DNA of 63,304 nt, the filler included, from Sphacelaria rigidula (lineage: Eukaryota), in NCBI GenBank assembly GCA_964200075.2. It is 10 parts of 10 records of this genome, joined end to end, with 100 filler letters (N's around TTAATTAATTAA, not from the genome) between each part and the next. Parts side by side here need not be neighbours in the genome. Positions count along the whole stretch, not along the records: positions 44,385 to 50,624 come from CAXNAA020021295.1; positions 50,725 to 56,964 come from CAXNAA020021296.1; positions 57,065 to 63,304 come from CAXNAA020021297.1; 7 more parts are not named here. One strand, written 5' to 3'. Shown here piece after piece: positions 44,929 to 59,089 of the stretch; within the stretch, counting starts at the first letter, position 1; each line of letters starts with the position of its first letter. A model generated the notes under the pieces. It did not search any database. It was not told the DNA's origin and was given only the letters and a program-made list of their open reading frames with translations. Position numbers and translations under genes: made by a program.

Positions 44929-45812
44929 CTGCTACCGGACGCATCGAAGGACGCACGTAGGAAGGGGGAACACAAACCGTGTGGGCGGGACGGGTTCAGA
45001 CGCATTCAGCTACTGCATCAGTCGGACAGAAATAAGTGACGAGGCAATGAAGGGAGGTATGGGTCCAACAGAAACATACCTACCTACTCCGGGTGGGAAG
45101 TCTGCAGGTTGGTATTTGGCGTGAAATCAGTACTAATGGTAGCACCACGGTACTTTATCCTTTTACCGCCCAGGCCCCTTCTTTGACGCTACGTTGACCT
45201 GACGCTGTTGTACATGAACGGGCCCTTTGGAGGGCTCGGAATATTATCTCTGGTCGAGGAACACCGCCTATGTAGAAAAGGCTGTCGTCACGCATGGAGA
45301 AAATTAACGTGTTCCGCCCTTCCTTAATAGTGGTCAGAGGCTGCTGCACTCTTGCGATGAGCTGAAAAATACTAGTTTATGCAACTCGCGGCGTATCCTC
45401 ATGTCCATTGACGTCTCTCTAAGCCAACAAAGACCATTCCCATGAAACTATCGGGGGTGTCCGCGGTAAAAAGTCCATGAAACAGTCAATAAGAGCCGTC
45501 AAAGGGTTATACCCGGAGCCGTGAAGAAGGAAATCTTCCACAAATATATATTCTTCGTTTAGACGATGACCGGCGCCGCATGTATCTTTTTCATCTTTAC
45601 ATTTGCTGAATTCATCACATCATACAGTGAACACAGAGGAGGGACGGCGTATGTTCCAGCCATGAACACGGAAACAACGACCGCACTCAGAGACGAAACA
45701 AGTGCCGCTTGGGATTCCTGACCATCACACTTGTGTCTCGATAAAGATCACATGGTGCATCGCATTTTCACTTTCACACAGCACAGTCGGGAGGCGCACT
45801 CCCTCCCCTCAC

Positions 45813-46022
45813 CGTCGTCAGTGCAGACAGTCGACACCATACACTCTCGGTCGTGGTCGCAGGCTACGCACCCCGGGCTATTTTGGTACCCCTCGGCGGG
45901 ATCGGGCTCGGAGCACAAGGCGTCCGTATATTCCTCTAGCCCGCTATCGCCTGTGCTCAGCACACACGTCTGGATGGCAGATCCCCCGGAAGAGTCGTTC
46001 TCGTGGCATTCGTTAAAGGGCT
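45813..46022 (-). CDS. Putative Cys-rich phase 1-1 module exon
   Basis: CACAG| acceptor and |GTGAGG donor, 210 nt. PFNECHENDSSGGSAIQTCVLSTGDSGLEEYTDALCSEPDPAEGYQNSPGCVACDHDRECMVSTVCTDD. Confidence 0.5.
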
Positions 46023-49000
46023 CTGTGGGCCACGCAAGCGATCGCAACAACAGCAGCAGCAGCAGCGGTGGCGGCGGCGGCGGCGGTGGCAAAACAACGC
46101 AAGAAAGACATTTGAGTTACTCTTCCTGTAGCAAGGTATCCTGCCGTGTTGGAAGATGCTACCACGGTTAGGACGAATTACCATGACTACGAATCACCAA
46201 ATCCACGACTTCTTCGGTCTGAATGCCCAAAAGGGAGAAAAAGGTTGACCGCTGGTCCAAGGGATGTCCACGCAACTTTTGCGCCATTCCACGTGTCTGG
46301 GCTGCGTGTACCTGGGTTGCAACGCTGAAAACAAAGCCCAGGGATTGATTCGTACGATTCGAATCAGTTCTACTAACACCAAATAATTTCCAGACGAATC
46401 ATTATTTGTCCGACCCTTGGATGCTACCGCGAGGAGTTGTCTTATACTAGTTCAAAATCGCAATGCTATACATCTTGTCTACATTTCCGAGGATGCGAAG
46501 CATGTGGAGGGTTGGCGCTGAGGGGATGTGATGGTGTGGGGTCACCTCACTCGTACGTCGAAACGGCTGAGTAAACTTGTGCCGTTCGGGGCAAACGACA
46601 CCATCAGGTATTCATTCCTTCACACTCTTCGACCGAAGGTTGCTGGTACAAGCTCTACGCAGCGACAATGCTGAAGCGCGGCGGTTCAACAATCTCGCCA
46701 GTGATGATTCACGCTTTGCCGACAGAAACACACGAGCTCTGTTACCACACAGCTGGGTTGGGTGGCCTGTCAACGAAGATATCCTGAGATCATGCTCTGA
46801 CGACGTGCACGGGTCTCCCGGCTAGAGTTCAGTTCAGCGCGAGGCATTCGGTTGGGTTACACGAACAGGTTTGACGAGATCTTCCGTCACATCGCTCAAG
46901 GTACAGTTTCTTTCGGCTACAAATAGTGTACAATCCACGTTGAGGTACAGGCCCTTGGAGAGAAGAAGCCTCCGACAGGTATGCCTGAGGCTTCTGTCAA
47001 CCATACGATGAAATGTGCAGTGGAATACGCTGTTTTGAGGGTGTAATTGCGTTCGATCTAAAACATCCTCATGCGTATGATTGGTCGTCATGACTCTTGC
47101 CCCCCAACGCTTGCCCAACCTGCTTTCTCTCGTTTCTTAGATGTCGACAAAATTGTATTGCATAATAACGTGCGCTGCTTACCCGTCTTCGGCACACGTA
47201 TATTGGCCCATGCTTGTTGTTGGGTATCAAGGTTTACCTGCCTTGACAGGGCAAGTTGGGGCCCGGATTCAATATCTACTTGTCTCATGCCGTCGCCCTA
47301 ATAAGGACGGACCCTCCGACAGGGTGATCCGACCCTAGAAAAATATTGAAACGGTCGGATAACCTGACCTGGGACAATAGTTTGCACCCTCACGGGCAAG
47401 ATAATCCGACCGGATGACCCGGCACTTCTTTGCTCACTGGTTTCGCGGGGTTTCCTGCGTTTCGCGGGATTTTCGCGGGATTTCCCGCGACTATCTGAGC
47501 GTCAGATGTATCGCTATTCACCTCGCCTAGATCTGGTGTATGGTCGTTCAAGGGGCGTCTGGTGTCTCAGCAGTAGCACGTATAATATATACATCAGGCG
47601 CCAGTCCCTTGCCGCTCACGAGAGCCACGTGGCGCCAAACAAAAAAGGGCTGTTCCGCCGACGGACTCTTTTTTACGCCCAAATCGGCATCACTGTCAGT
47701 TGTTTGTCGAGATTTGAAACAAAGAAACGTGCGACATGTTATGCTTATCTTGTGAGCTGACAACATGAACCACCGTTTTCTGTCACCCGCGCTTTCGAGA
47801 TTTCTGAGCGTACCGCCCGGTACAGCGGAAACTGGGAAACGGTTGGGGGACCGACGTGAAGTTAGGAATAAGAAGGCCACCCGAGCCATCCTGGTCTTGG
47901 TAACAGTGCCGTCGTGCTCGTCGCGCTATCGCCAATTTGTGCGCTGTAGCTGGTGAAATTGAATTGGCGCTCGTTGAGGACGCACCTCCATCTACATGTA
48001 GGTTCCCGTGTAGTGGTGATTGGACGCTTAATCGAGAATGTCGACTCTGTCGGGTGGTACTTGGGGTGACTTTATCGCCGGCGCAAAGCCGACACATGGT
48101 GCACCCTAACCGTGCGTATGGGTCATTCTCATCTCGGCGAGCAGATCATACACTATTTTCATGCGGCCTTTCATATATGGTAGAGTAAGTCCTCCCATGT
48201 ATCTACACACGTTCATCAACCGCCAGGCGTCTCCCGACAGGATCTCCGGCAGTATCCAGCATACGCTTGTCGACTCTGTGCACTGTGGTGCACGTACAGC
48301 ACTTCCGCGCGCTATGCCCACACTGGCAGGGGTCGTGGGATTCGCCCCATATCGCCCATGCTGGCCAGCACATGGGCCGTTGGCACAGTGTGCCGCGTTG
48401 GCACAGTATTGCCGTGCGTGTGTTCGCTGCTGGGTGGCAGCCCGTTTCGCAAGAAGAGCCACGGTGTGTGACGAGTTACAACTGCTGTAGCAGCAGCATG
48501 AAGCAGCCCAGCCAGATTGAGAGTGTGCAAAGAGAGTTATTCTCCGCCTACTTTGCAAAGAGCACCATTCACCCCCCACTGCTCTGCGTGCTCTCGCGGC
48601 ATAGCGTTCGGGGAGAGTAGCCAGGTTGTCATCCCGCTCACTTGAAAACATAAGTACCGAGTGCGACTTTTCGTTCTTGTCGCGATGATGATATTTTCTG
48701 GCGGTCTGAATCATTTACATGGAACCTCCCCCTGAAGTTCGGAAATGCACCTTGGTTTACAAGTTGTATTTCTAGTGCTACACGCATAGAGAATTCACTC
48801 GAGTCCCAGCCCATGATGCTCCCGAGCAGCGGTTCTCAAAAAAAGAATTTCGGGGTGTAAATCATCGCCCTCTCAGAGTCATACCAAGTGAACATCATGA
48901 CCATCTTGTTGGCTACGCGCTCTCTGTTGCACACAGCCTCTGCACGCTATTTCTACCTCTGCCTCGTGTTTTATAACGACACTTAGGGACAGTTTGTAGC

Positions 49001-50002
49001 TACTTCGATACCACAACAGAGGTCAATGGAGGAAAGACTGAGCGAAGCAAAAAACACTTATTTGTCTGCTTTTGTGAGTGAGTGGTCGGTACCCAGATGG
49101 CCAAATATGGCTAGGGTGCAAGATAGGTGATGTGCATGCGATCTGTAGGGGAACACAATGAACAAACTGATCAATCAAATGGTTTTTTCATGCCCGGCTC
49201 GAAATTTTCCTCGAGAAACTTCGGGACGCGCATGACATGATTGACTTTTCACGCTGTTCAGCAACCGGAGGACCGGTACTCCCCGCTCTCCACCCCCACG
49301 TTCCCTGGAAAGCGTTGGATGTTTCTGATCTGTCGGCCCGCGTAATTCTTCCAAGGCGGGGCTGGAAGTCTGGGGGTTAGGGACCCGTGTGTATGTGTGG
49401 GGTCGTCACCACAGATAGACACGCCGGGGCGGCCAACGGGTAACACACTGCAAAGGGGCAGTAGGCCACGGATGAAATCAAGGTCATACTTTTTCCTTCT
49501 CACAGTCTGTCGTCGAAAGGTGTCCAACGCTGAACTGACTGTATATTGGGGAGCAGATACTCAGTCTTGAATCGCGCTGTGCATCAGCGCCATTTGTGTT
49601 TGTCACACGCTCAACCCTTCCCCTTCCTGCGGACGGCTACGTGGTCTCGAGGAATCAGCCCATCTCGCCCCCGGCACACACACACCTCACATTGTGGTAT
49701 GGCGGGTTGGATTATGACCAACACCTTCGCACCGCATCGACTGTCATCCGAAAAAGTCGGCCAAACAGATTTTTTTGCTACCCACGGCCTCACGCCTTTA
49801 ACGATGGAAATCACATACTGATGGAAGGAGAAGAAAAAAAAACGCATGTTTGTGCACCCCAAACCCTCCGAGGGGGGGAGGGCTAGGGGGGTGCCTCGCG
49901 AGACGGTGATTTGAGCCCTCGTTTGTTTTGTCACTACGAACTCAAGTGCTCAACAGTTGTTCTGTAAGCCTGTAGGAGGAGGGGGGGCGGAGACGGGGGG
50001 CG

Positions 50003-50624
50003 CGAACTCATTCGTTGCCTGCCTTAGTCGTTTGGCCATTGATCACGCATCCCTTGCGAGACGGAGCACCGTTCCTACTCCTAGTAGAGACACCTCCAGC
50101 ATTCCGTGCTCATTACGTTTCTGTCATACATTACACAAAAACCTTTTCCAAGACGAAATACTGTCCATGGGTGAGGGTGCGGGGTACAGGACAAAAATAA
50201 GAGACATGAAACGAGGGAAAGAAAAACGCTGAGGCGGCAAGTAGACGAAGAAAAACACCTGAATATATACGGGAGGTCGAGACCGGGGATAGGAGTGAAA
50301 AGATATCTGCATGACCTAATGGACGCAGCGAAAATATTGAAACTGCGATTTTGGGTGGGGGACCTGGACCTGCCGGAGAGAAGAAAGATATATACCAGTA
50401 GTCGAAAGGAGGAGGAAATAAATGGACAGAACTGTCTCTGTGGCAAAGCAATAGAGAGTAGAAGTCATATAATTGAAGAATGCGAACTGTACAAGGAGGA
50501 ACTCGACGTGCTAGAGGAGGGAATGCAGGACGAGAACGAAGGTGGCATGAAATCGTTTGATGCATTAGACAGTAGGGAGAAAACGATTGCTATACTAGGA
50601 GATAGATGGCGGCCACAGACGGCG
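50003..50624. mobile_element. Two family A LINE fragments back to back (3' end on minus strand; C-terminal ORF on plus strand)
   Basis: 50003-50150 is a reversed tail next to a G-run. 50295-50624 encodes LKLRFWVGDLDLPERRK...CLCGKAIESRSHIIEECELY (CCHC finger), homologous to 22156-22420. Confidence 0.82.
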
Positions 50625-50854
50625 NNNNNNNNNNNNNNNNNNNNNNNNNNNNNNNNNNNNNNNNNNNNTTAATTAATTAANNNNNNNNNNNNNNNNNNNN
50701 NNNNNNNNNNNNNNNNNNNNNNNNTGTTTGCCGGGTTTAAACGGCCGCTCGGGGTTGCCGCTTTCCCCCCCCTCGTCTGGGGGGTTCTCATGTGTCCTTC
50801 CCCCCCCCCCCCCCCCCCGCTCTTCCCTCAGCCACCCATCCCGCGCGCCCCCAC

Positions 50855-51088
50855 AAGCAAGATTATCAGTACACTTCGGGCCGAACAATCTTAGCAGGAT
50901 GCAGGTCACCCACCCTTCACGCGACCCGCCAAACACATCACGGCGCTTCGCGCTTGGCGATTGTGAGCCTACTTCGGCGAAAACCTGGTGTGCTCTGTCC
51001 CGGCCGTGTAGGGGATGCGAGGTCAATGGTCTTATGACTGCGGCATGCAAGATCATGACTACTACATCCTTAAGATGCGTCATGATCA
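50855..51088 (+). mobile_element. Family B copy
   Basis: Core CAAGATTATCAGT...GGGATGCGAGGTCAATGGTCTTATGAC, preceded by C-runs. Confidence 0.8.
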
Positions 51089-54000
51089 ATGTCTAGCTGA
51101 ACAACCACGCGTTTCCTATGCGAGGTGCCCTGGTGAACTCAACTGCTGGACTGCGACCATACTGACTGTACGAGTACACCGGCACTACGATACGTTTTCG
51201 CTGTCTGAAGTGTAGCTGGTGTTCCCGTGTTTCAGGCGACAACGGATGGGATTTGAATTCACTCAAGATATCACCAAGCAGCAGCTCGGTCCAGCCAGCG
51301 CCTTCACACAAATGCAGTGGTTAGCAAGTGAGTTTTTGTTCCGATCTGCACCCTGACATTCAGATCTTTAGGTGCTCGCTCGCCCACTCGAGGCAGCCCT
51401 CACTTTCACCGCCCCGAGGCGGGTCATCTGCTGAATCGGCATCATTTTCGCTTGAAAAATATAGGTATGAGACCCAGATCGCCTGCCCTGGCTGCCGATA
51501 GGAGGTATATCATACGCGAGGTTCTGGGTATATTCGAAAGTAATTTGCTGTTGAATACAGTGAGAACCTCGCGTTCGAGATACCTTCCATGTCAGCCCTC
51601 TCTGCCAGCTGGCTTTTTACCAACCCTGACTGTTGTAACGCAGGCAAATCGCTGAACTGAACATGATGACGCTGAAATCCTTTGCCGAACTTCAACTTTC
51701 GAAGCTGGATTTCTTACTTACCCCTTTGGACGACAGACCTCCTCTCCGAACAATACACCCCGGAGGCTGTCGACGGCGGATAATCGCATGCGACACTTTG
51801 ACACGCTCCCCGATGATAACATACCGGGTTTTCAGTACTTTCAAACAGACGAGTCATGCATACTGTACTGTCGTCCATCACGCGAACGGTTGCTTTCAAC
51901 ATACTTCATATTTCCACCACGAGTACTCGTAGCACTTTCAGGGTCGTTCCGATGAAGATTGGCGCCGGGAGGGTTAACCATAAATATTTTTCACTTATTG
52001 CTTGTTGCTGTTGCTGTTGCCGTTGTCGTCATCGTCGTCATCATCTCGTCTTCACATCATAAACCGTTCCGATTTCTGCGCAGCTTTGTACCTTCTAACT
52101 TCCATGGTGTGTATCTGGTGCGGGCGCCTTCCGTGGTCACAGGCTAACTATTGCAACTACCCAGAATAAGGTATAAGGAGATCAATTGATGAGTATTGCC
52201 GATCTCTGAAACAAGTAACAAACAGCAGATCTGGTAAACTCCGACCCTTCACTTTCGCTCAACATGGTGCAATTTGAGCTCAGCTAACAAACACTTGCGT
52301 TGGGTACCGACAGGATACAGTATAGTAATGGTATAGTTGAAGCTCTTGTACGGGTGCTGTTTCAACACGGCTGTGCGGTCGGATTAATCGCTCCAGCTCG
52401 TTCGCTCTTTGCTATTGCCAGGCACCATATTGATCACAGCCAGTACCACCTCCTAATCGAAATTTATGTTTGTCACGCATCACAGGAATTCTCCGGTAAA
52501 GCACTGTACTGTATAGTCAGCGCGGTACTGTTTGATGCTGGTAATCTCACTTCAACGCTGCTGGCACGTCGACAAAAGCTGGTTTCATCTGCAAACGTTA
52601 CAACGTTCCGACGGCAAGTTTGTATGTTGTCAGCAACGGAAATAATGCTCTGTACGCAGGGTAGGCCGCGAACAGAAACGGAGGAGGAAGTGCTGAAGAG
52701 AGCGATGGCACATGAATAGGTCCCCGCGTATCCAAGACGAACCTTCATCAGCCTGGTCGCCTTCTCAGGGATAGAAAAGAAAAACGGCTGCCATGCCAGA
52801 ATTCCACAACAGAGGACGGCCAGCACAATGCAGTCGAATTGCAGTACAAGTACAGTAGTCGTGGAAACTCAGTACCGCAGAAGTCAGTTTTAGTATTATG
52901 AGGAAAGTGCTGATTGACTGTTCGAATATTGAAGGTTCAATGTCGGTCAGCGTCAGTTACCACGACTGAAGGATAGTAACTGTTGTATCACTCGTGGTAT
53001 TCGTCTACTCAGGGGCGGGGAGAAATGGATGAGGAAAACTGCCGACAAGAAGCTGCCGGTGTTTCATTGCTTTTCTTGCTTACTTTTCTGCCTGCTGTAC
53101 TGCAGTCCACTACACAGAAACCAGATTGTAGTACTGTACTGCAGACAATAACGGATATACCAATTTCAGATTGTGCGTGCAAACACTTGAACATCGGCGC
53201 CAAGTGGTTGCGAAAGACACATACACGGTGTCTCTTATGCGGCACAATAGTATACAGTATGATATATGAACACCAGCTACCGATATATATATGATGAATG
53301 GCAGTCGTTCCATTGGATACACGCTTGAGTCAGGCAGACAACCAACGTCTATGTCCCTTTTGCATGCGCCACGTGGGTTAACATCAATGCTTATGGCTGC
53401 GTACAGTGCTCTCTTGCTGCGCTCGCCTAAAATTACAGCCAATACAGCAGAAAGGACGGACAAAGCGCATGCATTGTCCTGTACTAATGGAAGCTACAAG
53501 AATGACAGATATTCATGATGCCATGTCAGACAATTTGGCCTACACGCAACAGCAGCAGCTGTTACTAAGCGTAGAACAGAGGAGGTCTTGTGCCGCATGT
53601 CATGCATAAATGCACAAGGGTTTGAACATGTACATTACTCGGCTGGTTCTCAGCCCCCTACGCAGCTGGCTCTCAGCCAGAGGGCAATCGCAGCAGCATA
53701 AAGCAGCACAGTCGGCTCAGCAGGTGCTGCATAATTTCGAGAAAGCGCGAAGGTTTCTTCAGGTTCAGGAGTGAAGTGCGGACGGATGTTTCAAAGTGCG
53801 ATCACCTCAACTGCAGCCATGTAGTGTACGATCTTCTAGCTATGAGAGATGGAGCCAGTGTGAACGATATCTGCAAGGACTTTTCACTTGGCCTTGCGTT
53901 GTCAGCAGCCCTGGGGTTGCCGAGATAACCGCCTAGAGTTGTATGTAAAACGACCGCGTCGCACCTCAACTTGGTGCATTTTCTCCGAGGTCTACGAGAA

Positions 54001-55201
54001 CTTACTTTTTGGAAAAGGGAACAAGACACAGGCGGCCAACCTACAAAACCAAACGCTGTAGCGTACACACCGCGGCGAAGAAGTGCAATCAATCCAAGCA
54101 AGCACAGCGAGGTACTGAATGAACCTCACCTTCTCTTGTTGCGTTCAACCCTTGGCCTAGGCCGTGCTCGTACGTTAGACCTGTGGGCTCATCAGCAAAG
54201 GTCTCCCCTAGCTCTCCACGTGCCCTCCTTTCGTGCCGCTCTACTACACTGTCTGTTCACCCGCTCCCGTGCTCGAAACAAAAACTTCTAGTTTTTGTTA
54301 ATTACTTTCGTATTTTCGAATGACGACCCGCGACCCACCTTGCTCGCATTTTCACTTATTTGGCTGATGTCAGTGCTTGATCATCCCTTTCTTCTTGCGG
54401 CATTTCGTCCGTAGGAATGATTTTTCGACTGCTTACATTTTGATCAAACAGAAAAGGATTTCACAAACATGATTCGAACGGTGCTCTCCGTTTCCAAAAC
54501 AACTTCGTGCATTATTTGAAAAAGTCATCACCGCTTGAAGCCTTTGTTTTGCCGAGGACAAAATAAATAGTGCGGTAAAAAGTATATACAGGGGTATATA
54601 CCTCGGTAATTCGGGCTTCTATCGACCTCGACTTGCTACCTATGCAGAAATCTCATAAACTAAGAAGGCCATGGTGGTTTGAATCGTACTCACAAGACCT
54701 CTCTGTGTTCTGACCAAAATGCGAGTAATGAAGAAACCGATCATATGGACGAAATACCACACGAACAGATGACAAAAAGGTGCCAAGAAGAAGAGCTGCG
54801 CGCGAGCTGGGCCAACCTAAAAAAGGCCGATTCGGACGGCCATAGCCATATTATCTAATCGATGCAGACAAACTCGACCGCAATTCGCACAGACAGCTTA
54901 CTAACCGCCTAACTGAGGGGCAGATGCCCATGTACTCGAGAGTCCGGCCGAATGCTTTCTCGATTAAACGCCATATCGAGTACCTAAATGCGTTACGAAT
55001 ATATAATGAGAAGGGACTGGTCATAATTTAAATTAAATTACTTGAAATTAGTGTATACTTCATATAGTTTAATTGATTAATTGATTGTTGGTTGGATGGA
55101 TGGTTGGTTGGTTGGTCGGGTGGATTTTATTTTTTGGACTAGGAAAGGACAAGGGAAGGACAATATAGTGACATCCGGAGCTTTTTTTCAATACTACAGT
55201 G

Positions 55202-55316
55202 CTGACTACTTTGGTTCAGAAGATAGCTCCTCCAATCTAACCAAACACTTTACTTTGGTTCAAAGGGTAGCAACTGTTGGGTTAGAGGGGGCTATCCTCT
55301 GAACCAAAATAGTCAG
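55202..55316. repeat. 115-bp hairpin with ~37-bp inverted arms
   Basis: CTGACTACTTTGGTTCAGAAGATAGCTCC-TCCAATCTA vs the reverse complement of the right arm, CTGACTATTTTGGTTCAGAGGATAGCCCCCTCTAACCCA. Confidence 0.75.
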
Positions 55317-57900
55317 GTATGGAGACGGCGGGACGAAAAACAGAGAAATGCCCCATTTTCGCCGTATCTTCCCCGGCCAATAAGAACGAAATAAAAAAAA
55401 AATCCTGGAAGCAAGCAATGACAGACAGCAGAGTAGTGTAGCAATACGACTCGTGCGACCATTGTTGCGACGATGGATGCACGCTGTCACGCGGTAGTCA
55501 TGACGGACGAGAACCAGAAAGAAACAAAAACAAGAGCGTGATCGCGGGATTGTAGTAGGAGGACCCCAACAGACTGGTCGTTGTAAAGAAACAGGGCTGC
55601 GATTGGGGCGCGTGCGGAAGACCGCGAAGACGCGACGTTGCCTCCTCGCTAGCGCTGTGCGACGGCCGCGGCGAGGGCGATCCGCACGCGGGCAAGGACC
55701 TCGCGACTGAGGGCTATCGCTGCGCATAATAAGCCTCGCGCAGAAACGAGGCCGAGCGGCGGAGAAATCGCAGAAAAACAGCTCTAGGGCGCTGAGATTG
55801 CACGTATACTTATTGAAGCACGCTGAGCGCTCGAGTATGAAGGTATATAGCTTTAGATATACATACACACATAATATATAGAACCAACAAATGAATAATG
55901 ACGCTGGTTTTTGGTTTGACCGTTTTTTGGGGCACATGGGGGTTAATGATCGATAGCCTCACCTTAACCTTCTTTTTGTTCGTTGCACATCGAGGTATTT
56001 GTCGTGAACAAGACGCCATACTAAATTCAAGATATTGAATGTAACTAAATTCAAGATATTGGACGAAAGGAAATAATCTGGATATATATGTAGCAGCTCG
56101 ATGTTGAGAGTTGTGGTTTGAGAATTGGTATGTAGAATCCCAAGATTATAATGAAAAGAGTTTTTGTGCAAGGTCGTAAGATATTTTCAAAGAGGTGATG
56201 ACGATTTTGAGAAAAATTAATGTTATTCTTGTCCTTAATAACCCTTAAAAACACATACCTTGACATCTCACATCAACCTTTTGTATCATGTTTTTGCGAT
56301 TCTTCGTATACTAAATTTTCAAGCACACCTCTCAAAACCGGGCTACTCAATCCCCTGCAACGCTCAAAATCGTTTTACACTGGCTCAGCTCGTACTATTT
56401 AGTTTATGTGTAGGCTTTATTTTGTCAATATAAGGTGTACCTTGAAGCTTTCGCCTCTAGGAGGTACTACTTTGGACCAAACATACATATATTGGAGAAA
56501 CACACCATTTTCTCACGGGATTCTTCGGGCACATAATCAGTAAGAGATAGATGCTGCGCGTGCACCCTGAAATAAAACAGGGAAAATGTAGTATTTTCGT
56601 CGCAAATAACCCATGCGCAAACTGGAGCTTCACCTCAAACTTACCCTGTACCCTCGCCAGAAGACGGGATATCCAGAGGTAAAATCCCGGATTTCGCATT
56701 TATTTTCCCCAGGTACCTTTTCTAGATGTTCATCCCGACCGTTTCTAGTTGGGTATGGACTACCCGAGGACTTCATATAGTTCATGCAATCGGCGACTGC
56801 AACCATGGCTAAGATGCAATATTTAAGCGCATCCCTGGTCCTTACGTTAAAGGCGTCCATACGGCGCTTCTTCATCGTTTGTTCTTGACGTTCACGAGGG
56901 AGAGGGGGGGGGGGGGGGGGGGGGGGGGTACGCATTGGTTGCTTGCCTTAGTCGTGTGTCCGTTNNNNNNNNNNNNNNNNNNNNNNNNNNNNNNNNNNNN
57001 NNNNNNNNTTAATTAATTAANNNNNNNNNNNNNNNNNNNNNNNNNNNNNNNNNNNNNNNNNNNNTGTATGTCCATTTTTTTCTTGACACTTTTGGGCTGA
57101 TTTTTTGGGAGGGGCTATCGTAGAAAGTGTCAAACATGTGTAAAGAAACACAGGGTTTGTTGGGTAAAAAATATCACGCGGGTCAAGCGCTAGGGGGCAC
57201 GGTATAAACGATATGCATGTTGTCGTGAAGGGGGTGGTGATCACAAACAAAAGGGGCTGCTGAACTGCATCGTTGGGGTTAACGGCGTTGAAGGCCAACC
57301 GGCGTTATTGTTTAAAAAGACGATCCCACGCCTACACGGTTGAAGCCAAGCGTATCATGATGGGTATACAAAAGCCCGTTCGAACGGGGTACATATAGTG
57401 TGAGCAATAATAGTAATGACGGTACTGGAAAATACGAGTTCGAGAAGTTGGGCTAATGTGCGGAAATAACAAAAAGTTATTGAAGTCGTGGAGAATATGA
57501 AGAAATTGAAAAAACAAGTCGTGAGTATATGCTTACGCGCCTACGAAGACCCTGGCCACTCGAATCCAAGAAAGTGCGCTTATGTAGTACAGAAACGGTT
57601 GCGAGGGCTTTATGATTCCCCACGCCGGCGCTCCTTGCAGGGGTACATCATTTGCTTTTGGCGTCCCGATGGGACTGTACAAGCGCATGGCCCGACTGTA
57701 CACAGAGGGTCAGGGGACATCGACTCCTGAAGGACCTCAAATGGTTGCGCATGTTTATTCCATGTGTAATGCTCTTGTTGAGATTTCGCTGGTCCGTAGG
57801 ATATCACGCGGGCTTCTGCCGTGCCTAGAAAAGGTATTGCTTCCCAATGAAGGTAGGTGCGCCAGTGGCCCGATCGCAGCCGCAATTCATGTCTAGCTCT

Positions 57901-58035
57901 CTACCGTGGACAGTAATTTATATTAGCAAAGAGTGTACTGCGTACAGTATCGAATACATTCTCTATTTCGATCGACAACAGGTTCAACGCTGCACGCAAC
58001 ACATGTTTTGCCAATGATGTATGTTGTCCAGGGCT
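57901..58035. repeat. Palindromic dispersed repeat, copy 3
   Basis: AGTGTACTGCGTACAGTATCGAA...TTTTGCCAA...CAGGG matches 5418-5562. Confidence 0.55.
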
Positions 58036-59089
58036 TGGTTTATTCGGATAGCCGTAGCGCCTGCGCCTGAAGGGATAAAAGCGGTCACTCAAGTTATTGA
58101 ACTTTCTTTCTTTTTATCATACCATTCCTTTATCATACTCTTTTCACCATTTAATCCCTCAAGTGTTTGCTACCTATGATTTTTACGTGATATCGCCCCC
58201 CCCCCCTCCCCTATTTGGGGACGAGAAGAACACGAATTGGGTAGAGATGCTGAATTTCCTTGTAAATAAGGAGATGAAGACGCTGAACGATAGAGCACAA
58301 AAGCCAAAGACGCAATATGCTTGGACTAGGCAAAGCAAAAAAAAAAGACGACAGAAAGCTCCACTCTCGACTATTTGGTGATAGAATATGGAAATAGTAA
58401 GGTAATGGGAGTACATTCATGCGTAGAGGACGTGGGAGGTACAGGTCATTACTTGATATGGAAGGGCAACCGATAGACGAGAGCCATAAGAGTCAGGCGG
58501 GATAGGACGTTGTACAGATGGAGAATAGATACAGTAGTGGGCGGTCTAACTATTCATTTTTTGGCATTTTGTGATTTTTTCGTGATTGGCGATTTTCTTG
58601 GGCTCTTTTCACCTGCCACCGCTTATCACAGCGGGGATCTGAAGATATTTGTACCCGCTCCACATTCCAAAAAGAAAAAATCATCTGTACTCAATATTGA
58701 GTGACTTACGGGCTGACCGGTCATCGGGGGGCCTGCCACATTTCAGCCCAGATTCTTACTCTTCCGTATTTTCGGTCGATCGAGCCCGTCCTGAGCATAT
58801 TTGTAAATAAATGCTCAGTTTCGTTTTTCGTTTATTCTTCCTAATCATTGCACTAGGGCCAGAAAACTGTGTTTCACGGTCAATAACACCCTCCTGATGA
58901 ACGGGGTATTTACTCGTTTCGCCCGATAACACCAACATACACTGACTTGGGCACTGTGTTTCGAGGATGGTCTGTTGTGCCGTACCAAAATCTACCGACG
59001 CTAGCAATTTCGAGTTCTATCGAAGAGTAGTACGCGCGGAAAACCCCTAAATACTCCTAAATAATTAGACCGCCCACTACTGTACACGA

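Noticed and set aside
51090..55000. Numerous short ORFs in contig 9
   Set aside because: No domain signatures or consistent exon structure visible, so left unannotated.
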